Source: the human T2T-CHM13v2.0 reference genome, Homo sapiens. Taken from it: a stretch of 64,000 bases of DNA. The notes beneath the pieces are model-generated. The model searched no databases. It had not been told where the DNA came from and was given only the letters and a program-made list of their open reading frames with translations. The translations under genes and the position numbers were made by a program. Location: the NCBI RefSeq assembly GCF_009914755.1, contig NC_060946.1; one strand, given 5' to 3'. Of the stretch, positions 29,325-50,603 are shown one piece after another. How positions within the stretch are numbered: position 1 is the first letter of the stretch; each line of letters begins with the position of its first letter.

Positions 29325-30460
29325 TTAGTTATATATTGGTGTAAAAAAAAAAGCCCCAAACTTAAGGCTTAAAGGAACAATAGATGTTTATTATCTCACA
29401 GTTTCTGTGGTTCAGAAAGTCAGTAACATCTTAACTGGATACTTCTGACTCGGAGTCTCTTAGGAGGTTGCAATCAAGATGTTGTTGGGGGGAAAGGGGC
29501 AGGTTCAGTGGTCATGCCTGTAATCTCTACACTCTGGGAAGCAAAGCCAGGAGGATTACTTGAGCCCAGGAGTTTGAGACCAGCCTGGGCAACACAGTGA
29601 GACCCTATGTATTAGTCAGTTCTCACATTGCTATAAATACATGAGACTGGAGAATTTATAAAGAAAAGAGGTTTAATTGTCTCGCAGTTCCACAGGCTGT
29701 TCAGGGAGCATAATGCTGGCATCTGCTCAGCTTCTGGGGCAAGCACAGGAAACTTTCAATCATGGTGGAAGGTGAAGGGGAAGCAGGCACGCCTTACATG
29801 GCCAAAGCAGGAGCAAGAGAGAGAGGGGGGAGGTGCCACACACTTTTAAACAATTAGATACTGGGAGAACTCTAACGAGCACAGCACCAAAAGGGTGATG
29901 CTAAATCATTCATGAAAGATCCATTCCTGTGACCCAGTCACCTCCCACCAGGCCCCACCTCTAACATTGGGGATTATAATTGAACGTGAGATTTAGGTGG
30001 GTACACAGACCCCAACCATATCATCCCATCTCTATAAGAAATAAAAAAGTTAGCCAGGCATGGTGGTGTGTGCTGGTGGTCCCAGATACTCAGGAGGCTG
30101 ATGTGGGAGGATCACTTGAGCCTCAGAGGTCAAGGCTGCAGTGAGCTATGATTGCACCACTGCACTCCAGCCTGGGTGACAGAGTGAGACCCTGTCTCAA
30201 CAACAACAAAAAGATGCCTGGGGTTGACATTATCTGAAGGCTTGACTGAGTTGACTGAGGCTGGAGAATCTACTTCCAGTCACATGCTAGCCAAGTTAGT
30301 GCTAGCTGCTGGCAGGAGGCCTCATGGGGTCCTCCCCATATGGCTGCTTTGATGTCCTCATAACATCGTGCTTGTCTTTTTATGACCTAGCCCTGGAAGT
30401 CACATTCCACCATTTGTGCATTTCCTATTGGTCACATAGGTCAGTCCTATTTAGTGCATA
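29325..30460 (-). mobile_element. MLT1 LTR interrupted by an AluJ (+, ~29497-30210), itself interrupted by an MST LTR
   Basis: MLT1 text stops at 'caagatgttgttgggg' and resumes at 'aagatgcctggggttgacattatctgaaggcttgactg'; Alu halves flank the MST. Confidence 0.75.
29608..30023 (-). mobile_element. MST (MaLR) solo LTR
   Basis: Termini TGTATTAGTC...CATATCA; typical 'aaagaaaagaggtttaattg', 'cctcccaccaggccccacctc'; degenerate 5-bp TSD cccta/tccca. Confidence 0.85.
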
Positions 30461-30464
30461 GGGC

Positions 30465-30870
30465 AAGGTCTGAGAGGGGAGTAGTGCTCACTGCCCATGC
30501 CCTCTCCTGGTGCACGCCGCTTCCAGCACCCAGAAGCTCTCCTAACTCCATTATTTAGGGTTTTCATATGGGATTTCATTACGTGGGTATGACTGATCAA
30601 ATCACTGACCAATGCTGATTGGATCAATCTGCGGTCCCCCTCTTGTCCTTGGAGGTCTAAGGGCAGGGCTGAAAACTCCACAATTCTAAGCGTGGCCAGC
30701 TCCTTCCTTGAAACTGCCTCCGTGCTCACCTTCAGTCACCTCGTTAGCATAAACTCTGGGATGGCCAAAAGGGGCTTCTTATAAATAACAAAAGGTACTC
30801 CCATTGCTTAGGAAGTTCCAAGGGGTTTAGGAGCTCAGTGCCAGGAACTGGGGACAAAGACCAAATATGT
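30465..30870 (-). mobile_element. ERV LTR fragment, MER21-like
   Basis: 'ccaaggggtttaggagctcagtgccaggaactggggacaaagaccaaatat' recalled as a MER21 terminus. Confidence 0.5.
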
Positions 30871-31904
30871 ATGTGTGTATATATATATATATATAAATAC
30901 TACAGTAGTGAATTTTATATAGCAAACATGCATTATTTTTCTTTTTGGCTAAAATTTTTTTCTAGTTATAAAACTGGTACATACTCATTGCAGAGGACTG
31001 GGGGAAGGAGTAAAATATTAAGAAAAAAATAAAAATCACTTGCCATCCTGTCACCTAGTATTTTCTTTCTAGTTCTTTTCATGCAGTTATATATAACATT
31101 TTGATCTTTCTTTTTATGTTACAGAAGTCATATTTGCTTATTGCAGAGTAATCCAAAGAGTACAGAATGTCTAAAGTTAAAAAAGTTATTTAAAAAAAAT
31201 GATCCTTGCCTGGGAGGAACTTTCTATTGTAGGCTGAGAGGGGAGATAGAGGGGCTGTGGGTCAGAGGATGCCCTGGTCAGGGTTGGGCGCCTGTGTCTC
31301 TTTGGAGGCAGCAGAGGTCTGCACAGCGGGGTATTACCATTATAGGGAAATGGTGGGGTGGGATGTGTAGAAGGGGAATTAAACTGCCAAGAAGAAAACA
31401 ATTCTTTTTATGTTGAGAAGCATTATTTTCAGGGGTCAGAAGCCCTTTGTGGGGCAGAGGGAAATTAAGGAGGTATTTAATAAACAGGTGCAGCTGAATG
31501 TGTGTGGTTAAAGTGCAATCCAGTAGTTATTTATTTGTCCGGATTGTTTATAACCTGCTTCCAGCCTAGACAAGTTGATTTGACCCTGCTGTCCTGGCTC
31601 ATTCAGGCCACTTAACACTGTTTACCTTTGGGTGGGGAGGACGTGCATGATCCGCTGGCCTAGTGCCTTTGTAAGGTCTGTAAATCGGATGCATTCTGGT
31701 TAAACTCATTATTGCATCACAAAAGCCAGTATCTGATGGGTCTCAGCTGTTTTCTTTTGCACTGGGGAAGACTGGAGGAGAATGAAACTTCCTTGAACCA
31801 GTGATTGGGTCTCTACCAAAGAGAGAAACTTAAAGCCAGTGAGAGCCTTAAGATATTTCATTTGAGCACTTGGCTGGCACCATGTAGGTAGAGACACTTT
31901 AAAG

Positions 31905-32062
31905 TAACAGTGCTTTGCTACACCTGATTTGAATCATCTGTGGAGCTTCAAAAAAAACCCTAATTAATCCTAAGACCAGTTATGTCAGGTGGGGTCCAGG
32001 CACTGTTATTTTTTTTAAAGCTCCCCAGGTGATTCCAGTGTAGGTCCAGGATTGAGAAGCAG
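31905..32062. mobile_element. MER5-type hAT-Charlie MITE
   Basis: 'tttaaagctccccaggtgattccagtgtaggtccaggattgagaagcagt'. Confidence 0.6.
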
Positions 32063-32270
32063 TTCTTGAAGATGCTGGTGTACCCTGACCTGCCTCCAGC
32101 CTTCTTTGCAGGAGATGGATGGGGGTTGGTTGTAGTTGCTCTGTCATAGAACACTGCAATTCTAAGGATGCCTAATGTTATGAATGTAGGTAAATTGTTT
32201 GCAAAATGTTCTGTGTTTCAGGAATACTGCAATCATTTGATTTAAGTGTCACCATATGTGTGTGTGTATA

Positions 32271-32584
32271 CAGTCATGGGTCACTTAATGATGGGGACAT
32301 GTTTTAAGAAATGCATCATTAGGCAATTTCATTCTTGTGTGAACATCATAGGGTGTATTTCAACAAACCTAGATGGGATATATATTTTCATTTATATATT
32401 TTATTATGGAAAATCAAATGTCCCAGCACTGTTACTAAATATCAGTCATTTCCCCTACTTGATCTGCCATGCCAACATTAAGTGCCATATATTAGATCTC
32501 TATATATGCTCCACTATAATCTTACAGGATCACTGTTGCACATGTGTTTCCTCATTGACTGAAATGTTATTCAGTGCATGACTG
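32271..32584. mobile_element. Tigger3/MER7-type DNA transposon
   Basis: Terminal inverted repeats CAGTCATG...CATGACTG flanked by TA dinucleotides. Confidence 0.85.
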
Positions 32585-34519
32585 TACATATATTAAAAAT
32601 GTTATGCACCATATTTTAACATACTGATATTACTAATGAGTTGTCCTCATGGTGACTTTAAATGTCATAATTAATGCCATCAACCAGAATATATCAAATA
32701 AATTCAGATACCACTTGTTCTGTTTATTTCCTTCCCCTGCCAATTTTTTATTTTTCCTGGTTCTGCTGAAGCCAAGATGGGGTGCTGTGTAAGATTTTGT
32801 TTGTGAGGAAAGGTTCTGCATGAATTAAAGTTTTGCAAGCCATGGGCATTTCATTGTATGGGCCGTTTTGAGGTCTGTCATCTTGCAGATTAGATTAGCT
32901 TACACTGAGGCACAGTCACCTGCTGGGCTGGGCAGAGAGCTGCACTCCACTAGTATTTGAGCTGTCCCGGCTGTTCACCAGCTGGATCCACTTCGGATAG
33001 GCATAGCCAGGGCAGCCGCCATTCCCATTTGTGGGGGAAAAGGGAAGCTATCACAAGAATGGGCTGCAGCTGTGGGATGAGGTGGGCAGCCCAGTGATGG
33101 TGTCATTGTCAAGGGGCCGTTGAAATGTCCTTAAGCAGTCATTGGCCAAATCCTGTCCTCTATGGATCCAGAGCCACAGAATGTTCCAGCAGAAATATGT
33201 CTTAGCCAGCAGCTCTTTATTGAGGACTGATTGTGGGCTAGGCTCTGTGCTAGGGTCTTTACAGATGTTACTAAATCTTCTCAATAACCCTATGAGACAG
33301 GCATTATTATCCCCATCTTACCGATGAGAAAACTGAGGCTTAGAGAGGTTAAGCAGCTTATCCAAGATCACAGTTAATAAGTGACAAAGCCAGCATCGGA
33401 ACCCATGCTAGTGCTCTCTAAAACGTTCTTAGAAATCATGTGATAGATGAGAAGATCAAGGTCTGGAGAAGAAAAGCAAGTTGTCTGAGATGACACAACC
33501 AGCTCTAATTGGTGGCAAAGCTGCGCCTATAACTCACCTGCGCTTTTCACAACCTGCAGTACGTGACCACTGCCGAAATGAAGAGGCAGGGGTGTGCCCC
33601 CTCCCACCTTCTGAGTGGCTCAGGCACAATCAATGTTGAGTTGGCACGAAATGAGAAATTAAACTCACCATGCCACTTTAAGAAGAACATGGAGAAGGCA
33701 GGCAGAAGTGACCGTGGAGAACAGTATCTGAGCCAGAAGGCAGGAGGTCAGCGGGGGAGTCTTGAGTGGGAAACTCAAGGGTAGCCTGACTGTCCTTGTC
33801 ACAGGTTTAGCTGGGCACTGTTAGTTCCCCCCTTTGTCAGTTTGTGGGAATCTGGGCATCAGGGATCTGTTTCAGCCCTTCACATTTGTATTTGGGTGTG
33901 CTCAGCTTAAAACGATAGCAGCCTGCAGGAGCTCAGCCCTGCCTCCATTTATGGAGGGAAGAGAAACTAAGGAATGCTCCTTGGGGTGGTGTTGGGGAGC
34001 AGCTACATGGGAAAATGAAGGGTGCAGCACCAGTAAAAAGGTGCTCCCAGGACTCCCTCCCACCAGCACTCGGACCAAGGAAGAAGCATTTAATTTCAGC
34101 CAGATTCCTAGATGGTTGCTTTTATTTGTTTTCATCTGAATTTGTGCCAAGGATTCAACTTTTCCTGCTTATTTTATTAAAAACTTTATACACAGCATTA
34201 ATAAATAGATATAAAACTGCCGTATACATGACAAACAGAGGGTCTAAATGAAATTCCCAAGGGTCAGCTGTTGAATAAGTAACAAAAGCACATCTTGGCA
34301 TGATCAAATTCCCATATATATGCAAATTAGGGACAGTGCTTTACCACAGAGTGTTTTAATTAATATTTATAAATCACAGAGTGCCTTTGAAAGGGCCAGT
34401 AAGCTGTTTATATTATTATCATGTCACACAAATAACAAACCCTTTGGAGATTGCTGCCTACTTTGCATTTTGGTCTGAGAAGTAAGTGAGCATGTTGCAT
34501 GTGTTTCTCTTCCTCGTAG

Positions 34520-34898
34520 GTGTGGTGTCAGCACAGCGGCAGGTCACCGTTCAGGAAGGACCCTTGTACCGCACAGAGGGCTCCCACATCACTATCTGGT
34601 GCAATGTGAGTGGCTACCAGGGACCTTCTGAACAGAATTTCCAGTGGTCCATTTACCTGCCTTCGTCGCCAGAGCGAGAGGTGCAGATCGTCAGCACCAT
34701 GGACTCTTCCTTCCCCTATGCCATCTACACCCAGCGCGTCCGCGGAGGGAAGATCTTCATAGAAAGAGTCCAGGGGAACCCAACCCTATTGCACATCACA
34801 GATCTTCAGGCCCGGGATGCCGGGGAATATGAATGCCACACACCCAGCACCGAGAAGCAATACTTTGGGAGTTAACAGTGCAAAGATGAACCTAGTGG
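34520..34898 (+). pseudogene. IGSF3-derived exon encoding the first V-set Ig domain, with a 1-nt insertion creating a stop
   Basis: Acceptor tcctcgtag|G, donor GTGG|gtaagg. Translation VVSAQRQVTVQEGPLYRTEGSHITIWC...DAGEYEC...YFGS matches IGSF3 (EWI family). AGT-TAAC-AGT-GCA-AAG-ATG-AAC-CTA-GTG restores YSAKMNLV if one A is removed (379 nt vs in-frame 378). Confidence 0.95.
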
Positions 34899-35634
34899 GT
34901 AAGGAGAAGCTGTCTTCACGTTGCCAGCGTCTGGCCTGACTCAGTTCTTTAGTAGTGTAATTTTGCTTTATGCCATGCATTTGACTTTAAAAAAAATCCC
35001 AAAACTCCCAGCATATTTTAGGGGTCAACAGATAGCACAAGGAAACTAAATTTCTGTGTTCACTTCTAAATAATAGGTGGTTGAGGGTGAAACTTTAAAA
35101 AGATCTAATGCAGATGTTAAGAATTTCGTAAGTTAACTAACCCTGTAACTGGTGAAAAGGGATATGAAAATATAAGGCAAGGACGTTTGTGGTTGATGAT
35201 CTGAATGACAAGGAAGATGAGACGTATGACATCAGTTGGGAGAGAGGAGAAACCTCTCGGAAGGATAGGCCTTTGGGTAGCTCTGAGACCCACGGGGCAC
35301 TGCTGAAGCAGGAAGCACATGTGGCTGCGGGTCCTTGCTCAGACCTTGTACATTGAAGGTCCTTTGGCTCCATGCGTAAGGAACTATGAACTGGCTGTCT
35401 CCCTTGTTGCTCCTTAATGCTGAAGGAAACATGAGGAAGAGGGATGCAGGAGCTTCCAGTGTGGGCAGCACTGGTCACAGTGTTTGCCAGTGTCAAAGGG
35501 TTAACCATATCAAGGCTGTTCTGTTTTTCTGCCTATATTAATGTCCAGTTTTTATTATCACAACTAAGCAGTGGGTGTTGCTAGTTCTTTTATTAATATA
35601 CATACTATCATTTGTTTATTTTTCCTTTCTCTAA

Positions 35635-36001
<367 letters not shown>

Positions 36002-36979
36002 TAATAGATGCTGCATATTGCTGGCCCAGCTCCTGAGGCTCTTTGGACCTCCAGGAATCGGTGTCTCTATCAGGAACCCTTAACCCTGACCCAGACTCCC
36101 AGCTGGGACCCAGGGTGTTGGAGTGGCAAGAGCGCTGTCAGGCCTGGTGAAGGGTGTGAGCTGTCCAACGGGGCAGGGAGGAGGCAGGGCCTGTTCTGCA
36201 GTTGGACAGACAGAGCCCTCTAGCTGCTTTCTGGAAGACTGAAGGGCAGGTGATGTTGGAGGGAGGGAGTGCAGGCAGGGGCTGTGAGGGAGTTCAGGTC
36301 AGAAACAGGTGGCACCAGGATTCAGGCTGTGGTGGTCACGGTGGGGATGAGGGGCTGCTTTGGATTATGCTGAGGATGTGGGGTGGTGCGCTGCTGCATG
36401 ACTACTGCCAGGTCTCTCTGCTCTTGGTGTCTGCATCCAGGGCTGGGAGGGGGTCAAATGTATCACACTATCGGCCCCAGGCCCACCAAGCCTGGGGAGG
36501 TGGCCACCCTTCCATGATGGCATTTGGATGTTCCCTGTGTGTGGGGAGGGCACGGGGACTCCATTCATAGACCACCTCTGGGACAGTGTGTCTGCCTCTG
36601 AGGTCAGACGCTCTGCACTGGGACAGCGTGGAGTGGAGGGAAACCAAGCTTGGGGCTCATTGGAGGGGCTTGCTGGCAGACACCGCCCTTTGTGGGAAAC
36701 TGACTGTGGGAGAGGGGAACCCCAACCTCTGTCACCACATCCCTCTTCCCTGTTGTCACACCTGTCACCTGCTGCCGTAGCCATGAGACTTCCCAAGGGT
36801 CACTGCTGCCACTCACTGCACAGCCTGGAAGGGAGTCCACAGGGGACATACAGTGAGCAAGAGACCTGTGCCACTCAGGCCTCCTGGGGGTGTCCCCAGT
36901 GCAGCCATGATGATAATCACAGCTACCATTCACCAAGCCCTGCCCACAGTCTAACCTACTCTATTCACAACACTCCCAG

Positions 36980-37051
36980 CAGCAAGGCAAGTGAGGTGCT
37001 GCCGTCATCCAGGCTGGACAGTTCAGTGATTTGCCTGAGGCCCCACAGCAG
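36980..37051 (+). other. GGT 5'UTR exon (NAGNAG acceptor, 36980 or 36983)
   Basis: cccag|cag|caaggc ... cacagcag|gtgagt; sequence recalled from the GGT1 mRNA leader. Confidence 0.7.
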
Positions 37052-37258
37052 GTGAGTGGCAAGTCCAGCGTCAGAGCAGGGCAGGCTGGCGGTGCCCCCT
37101 GAGCCCCCTTTGCCATGCTTACCGCATGCACATCCTGGGCTTGTGCAGGAATGCCCTGTCCCCTACCTGCCCTGCTCCGTGCAAAACCCTGTGCCTGGGA
37201 GACATGCTGAGAGAATTCATGGAAACAAATGTGTTACTGACAGCCTCTTTGCCTCCAG

Positions 37259-37540
37259 AGTTCAACTGGAGACAGAAAAACCAGCTAGAGGCAGAGGGAG
37301 GTAACACGGAGTCCCCCAGAAAGGTCTGAGCTGTGCGTGCTTCAGGTAACCTCCCTTGACCTTCAGGAGAACGAGAAGGCTGCCTGATCAGAGAGTCTCT
37401 GAAGAAGATTCTGTGGCTACAGGCTTCAGCAGAGTGTGAGGGAGACCCCGGTTATTTCCTCAGCTGTTTCCACCAAATCCTCCTGTCTTTCGTGGCCAAC
37501 ACCCCAGGCAAGGCTTGGGGCCCCCGTCTGCTGCTGGACG
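37259..37540 (+). other. GGT 5'UTR exon (alternative internal acceptor possible at 37367)
   Basis: gcctccag|agttcaac ... ctggacg|gtaagt; recalled GGT1 leader that splices to cagagccATG. Confidence 0.75.
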
Positions 37541-38083
37541 GTAAGTCCTGGCCCCGTGGCAGTGAATCTGTGGGGCGCTCTGATTGTGGGCACTATGGAA
37601 GCTAAACCCCATGCTCCAGGTGGGGTGGAGGGTCTTCAGAGGACTCCTGGACAGTGCCAGGCTCTAGGCTGGGGTGGGGGACACAGGAGAAACCAGGCCA
37701 GGCCCATCCCTGCTGGAGCTTCTCCCTAAGCAGTGGAGGCTCAGCCACTGTGAGGAGATAGGCCAGGCCCTGCAGAAAGAGGGGTGTGGAAATCTGGGGG
37801 CTCCCAGGAAGGGCCGCTGCTGGAGATGGGGTTCTTACCAGGATGGGCTCTGAAGATAAGCAGGGAGGATTTGGGAGGGCAGAGATGAGGCCCAGAGCTT
37901 CTGGCAGAGGGCATGGCCTGCGCAAAGGTCTGGGGGCCGGACAGCCTGCACGTATTCTGGGAAGCGGGAAGGAGACACAGGCCTTGTGTTTCTGAGGCCT
38001 GACTTTAGACTGTGCCCTGTTGGGGAGGGGCCAGGGCATGTCTGAGGCTGGGCCTGACCCTGCTCCTTACCCCGTGGGTGCAG

Positions 38084-38254
38084 CAGAGCCATGAAGAAGA
38101 AGTTAGTGGTGCTGGGCCTGCTGGCCGTGGTCCTGGTGCTGGTCATTGTCGGCCTCTGTCTCTGGCTGCCCTCGGCCTCCAAGGAACCTGACAACCATGT
38201 GTACACCAGGGCTGCCGTGGCCGCGGATGCCAAGCAGTGCTTGGAGATTGGGAG
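38084..38254 (+). pseudogene. GGT coding exon 1 (ATG 38091; signal-anchor MKKKLVVLGLLAVVLVLVIVGLCLWL)
   Basis: tgcag|cagagccATGAAGAAGAAG ... GGGAG|gtgagc; missed by the ORF track because it is short. Confidence 0.95.
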
Positions 38255-38455
38255 GTGAGCGGGGCAGGGCATGGGACATGGGCCCTGAAAACTGGGCAAG
38301 TGGACCTGAGCAATACCTTCACCCCTCTGAGACTCAGTTTCCCCACATGTAAGCTTCGCTTGGACTCTCTCAGTAGCCTTTGGGAAGGGGACGGTGACTC
38401 CGAGAGCAGGGTGTGGGTCTCTAGAGCCAAACAGGGCCCCTTTTCTCAGTTCTAA

Positions 38456-41584
<3,129 letters not shown>

Positions 41585-41715
41585 ATGAGTGCCTCGGAAG
41601 AGGAGAGGGAGAGGGGCAGGGGGTGTGGGTTGGGCCGAGGCACAGCTGGGTGGCCCCCAGGCTCACGTGGCATAAAGGGTTTTGGTGGGTGGGCCTGCCT
41701 ACCTGCTTCTTCTAG

Positions 41716-41802
41716 GAAAAGCTGAGGTCATCAATGCCCGCGAGGTGGCCCCCAGGCTGGCCTTTGCCAGCATGTTCAACAGCTCGGAGCAGTCCCAGAA
41801 GG
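41716..41802 (+). pseudogene. GGT coding exon 3
   Basis: tctag|GAAAAGCT KAEVINAREVAPRLAFASMFNSSEQSQK G|gtaagc. Confidence 0.95.
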
Positions 41803-42519
41803 GTAAGCCATGCTGCAGACTTGGGGCATGGGTGCAGAGCTGGCTGAGCCACCGGGAAGGGGCCTTGCCCACAGAAGCCTGCTCCCGTCAGGGTTCAGGG
41901 GCAGTTCTGTCACCCCCCATCCCTTCCTGTCCCCATAGCACCCTCCCACAATGAGTGGTCAGGACCATCATCACCATGGTAAAGGGCCGGGAGCTTCTGT
42001 TATTTCTGCTAAGGCCTCCGGGGCCACTCTGTGCAGCACATGGAAAGAATAATTATTATGCTAGCAGACCTCATGGATCAGGGCTCACTGGGGCCCATGC
42101 TCTGCTCTGTGCTTTTCACCCACGAGCCTCTCACAACCCTCCCTGCTCCTTTGGGCAAGGGGATGCTGTGTGGATTCCCATTTTACAGGGTGGGGATGCT
42201 GAGGCTCAGACAGGTCATGCAAATCAGCTGAGGTCACACAGCTGGGAGGTGGTGAAGCTAAAATTGAACCCAGGCTGTCTATATCCTGCCTTTTCAACAG
42301 GCATCCCATTCACTCATTTGTTCATTTGTGGGGATGGCGCTCTAGAATGTGAGGTGGAGTCTCTCTTTTCTAATCTGGTCTTAAGTGGGGAGGAGGCCCC
42401 CAAATTCCCCAGGTACCTGAGGGGAAGCCACTGTCCATCCAGGAAGCCACTGTCTGTCCCCAAAGGAGGCACAATAGAGTGTGAGATAAAAGTTGGAGGA
42501 TGGGAGGGTCTCAACAACT

Positions 42520-46880
<4,361 letters not shown>

Positions 46881-47001
46881 TTCCTCCTAAGCCTCATTGC
46901 CCCATCTGTAAAGCGAGTCAGGGACTGTGCCTGGGATGCTGCCTGCGAGAGATCCCGATGTCCCCCACTCAGGGTCACTAACTGTGGCTCTCTCTCCCCA
47001 G

Positions 47002-47194
47002 GAGGGCTGTCGGTGGCGGTGCCTGGGGAGATCCGAGGCTATGAGCTGGCACACCAGCGGCATGGGCGGCTGCCCTGGGCTCGCCTCTTCCAGCCCAGCA
47101 TCCAGCTGGCCCGCCAGGGCTTCCCCGTGGGCAAGGGCTTGGCGGCAGTCCTGGAAAACAAGCGGACCGTCATCGAGCAGCAGCCTGTCTTGTG
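47002..47194 (+). pseudogene. GGT coding exon 4
   Basis: cccag|[45 protein letters not shown]...QQPVL TG|gtatgt. Confidence 0.95.
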
Positions 47195-47586
47195 GTATGT
47201 CTGTGGGTGCGGCCCCCTGACACAGGCAGGGCAGGCACAGCCCAAGGACCTTGCAGGCCGTAGCAGCAGTGGAGCGGCCCTCTGCCTTCAGGACCCTGTG
47301 CTGATAATGGGATGAGGAGATACAGACCCTTCCCACCACGTGTGGGGACACATTCTGAGCGTGGGGTCCCAGTGGCCACTGTGGCTGGCCACGTGTCCTG
47401 AGTGGCAAGGGACACTAGGAGGCTCCCGGAAGGGACACTAGGAGGACGAGCGCTGAGTGACAGGGCCACCCACCTGTGACAGGCGCTGCCCCTGTTCTGC
47501 TCCGTTCTCCTGTGTGGGCAGGTGTGGGGGGTGGTCTAGCTGAGTCCACCCCACCTGCTGCCTCACATGAGCCCCCTCTGCCCCAG

Positions 47587-47744
47587 TGAGGTGTTCTGCC
47601 GGGATAGAAAGGTGCTTCGGGAGGGGGAGAGACTGACCCTGCCGCGGCTGGCTGACACCTACGAGATGCTGGCCATCGAGGGTGCCCAGGCCTTCTACAA
47701 CGGCAGCCTCATGGCCCAGATTGTGAAGGACATCCAGGCGGCTG
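47587..47744 (+). pseudogene. GGT coding exon 5
   Basis: cccag|[57 protein letters not shown]|gtgagt. Confidence 0.95.
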
Positions 47745-48377
47745 GTGAGTGGGTAACCTCAAGGACCTGGGTGAGGAACTCTGCAGTGGAAACCCTGAGC
47801 TGTAGCCCAGAGCCATGGGGTCCTCCTGTCTTGCCTGAGCCTGCAGGAAGTTCCTGGTGGAGGAGGGTCAGTGACTGGCCATGTGGGTCCACAGCTCCTG
47901 CTTATATCAAAACCAAGAGAGGCCACACAGTCCAGGAGAGCAAGTCCCTGTTGGGGTAAATGCAGGTGTAGGCAAGAGCCAGGGCTAGGGAAGCACTAGA
48001 ATACAGCCTGAAGATCCAGGAGGACTTCTTGGAGGAGGTGGCGGCTGGGCTGCAGATAACTTCGTTAGGCAGAGAGAGGAAGGGATTCCTAGCAGAGGAA
48101 CAGCTGGGCTAAGGCCCAGTAGAGGGCGCTTTGATTCACCAAGAGGGTTACAAGGGATGAGGGTCGCCTTGAGAGAGGCATGGGGAAGGGGATTTGTGGG
48201 GCAGGGGCCTGGAGCTTGGCTGTGGCTTTCTTCAGGTAATTTTTGTCACTGTTTCATGGAGGAGGGTGATTAGCGTGTCGACCTTTACCACTGAGGCTGG
48301 AAATTGGCATGCCAATACCCTGTCTGGAGCTGACTCCAGGAGAATTAAGAGCCTCCCTCCCTCCCTCTATCCATTCA

Positions 48378-49450
<1,073 letters not shown>

Positions 49451-49793
49451 ACACTCTCTGGCCACAGATGAGAGAAGGCAGACAGGAAGCCAGTAAGCCA
49501 AGCAGGCAGAGGGCAGGTGGCCCCAGCCCAGCTGTCGGGTGGTGAGCAGTGTCAGGGAGACAGGAGTGCCGGAGCTGGTGAGGTTCCCAAGGAGGTGAGG
49601 TTGCCTGTGGCCCCCTCCCAGGGCACAGTCCCACCCCTCCAGTAGTGCACTCTGTCCTCCCTGGTAGGTACAGGCTTTTCCCCACCACCATGGTGCAGCC
49701 ATGCCTGCCCCCAACACCACTGGTGCAGCTCCATCCTCCACGCAGTGGTGCAGCCCCATCCCAGCGCCCATTCGAGCTGCTGTCCCATTGCAG

Positions 49794-49943
49794 GGGGCAT
49801 TGTGACAGCTGAGGACCTGAACAACTACTGTGCTGAGCTGATCGAGCACCCGCTGAACATCAGCCTGGGAGACGCGGTGCTGTACATGCCCAGTGCGCGG
49901 CTCAGCGGGCCCGTGCTGGCCCTCATCCTCAACATCCTCAAAG
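49794..49943 (+). pseudogene. GGT coding exon 6
   Basis: tgcag|GGGGC GIVTAEDLNNYCAELIEHPLNISLGDAVLYMPSARLSGPVLALILNILK G|gtgagt. Confidence 0.95.
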
Positions 49944-50466
49944 GTGAGTGGTCGCACCACAGCCGTGTGGTAGGACCCATGACACTGCCTCTCTCTCCCC
50001 ACGCCCCACCCCTCCTGCATCTCTGCTCGCCCCCCATGCCACGTCTTTCCATCACTGAGCTCCTGAGGTGTGTCCCTGCGTCACAGCTCACCATGTCCTG
50101 AAGGAGGCAGTGCAGAGCAACAGGGCTGAAGCGGGCAATGCTCAAGGGTTGGAGGAGGAACAGGAGTCATCAGGAGGGAGAGAGGTGCAGGAGCTCAGGG
50201 CTGCAGGGCCGGTCCAGAGGGTACCCCAGTCCAGTGGGTGACCCTGCCACTTGGTCATTGAATGGCCAGAGCTGATGCGTGACGTGAGGTCCAGGCTCGG
50301 GAGCCCTCACCTTACTTCACTCTCACCACAGCCTTCTGAAGCAGCTGCTGCTATTGATTATTAAACGCTCCTTGAGGTGGGCAAAGTGGCTCAGGCAGGT
50401 GTTAACCCTCTGAGCCCCTCAGAGCCTCTGGGGCTCAGCAACATGCACCTGGCTCTGATCAACCAG

Positions 50467-50603
50467 GGTACAACTTCTCCCGGGAGAGCGTGGAGACCCC
50501 CGAGCAGAAGGGCCTGACGTACCACCGCATCGTAGAGGCTTTCCGGTTTGCCTACGCCAAGAGGACCCTGCTTGGGGACCCCAAGTTTGTGGATGTGACT
50601 GAG
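50467..50603 (+). pseudogene. GGT coding exon 7
   Basis: accag|[50 protein letters not shown]|gtaagg. Confidence 0.95.

Noticed and set aside
34300-34370. Octamer ATGCAAAT (34320-34327) and TAAT-rich motifs upstream of the IGSF3 exon
   Set aside because: Short motifs in AT-rich DNA; no supporting evidence without conservation data.
34486-34519. ORF-track N-terminus MSMLHVFLFLV resembling a signal peptide for the Ig domain
   Set aside because: It is the intron polypyrimidine tract read in frame; no promoter evidence, although ATG 34492 is in frame.
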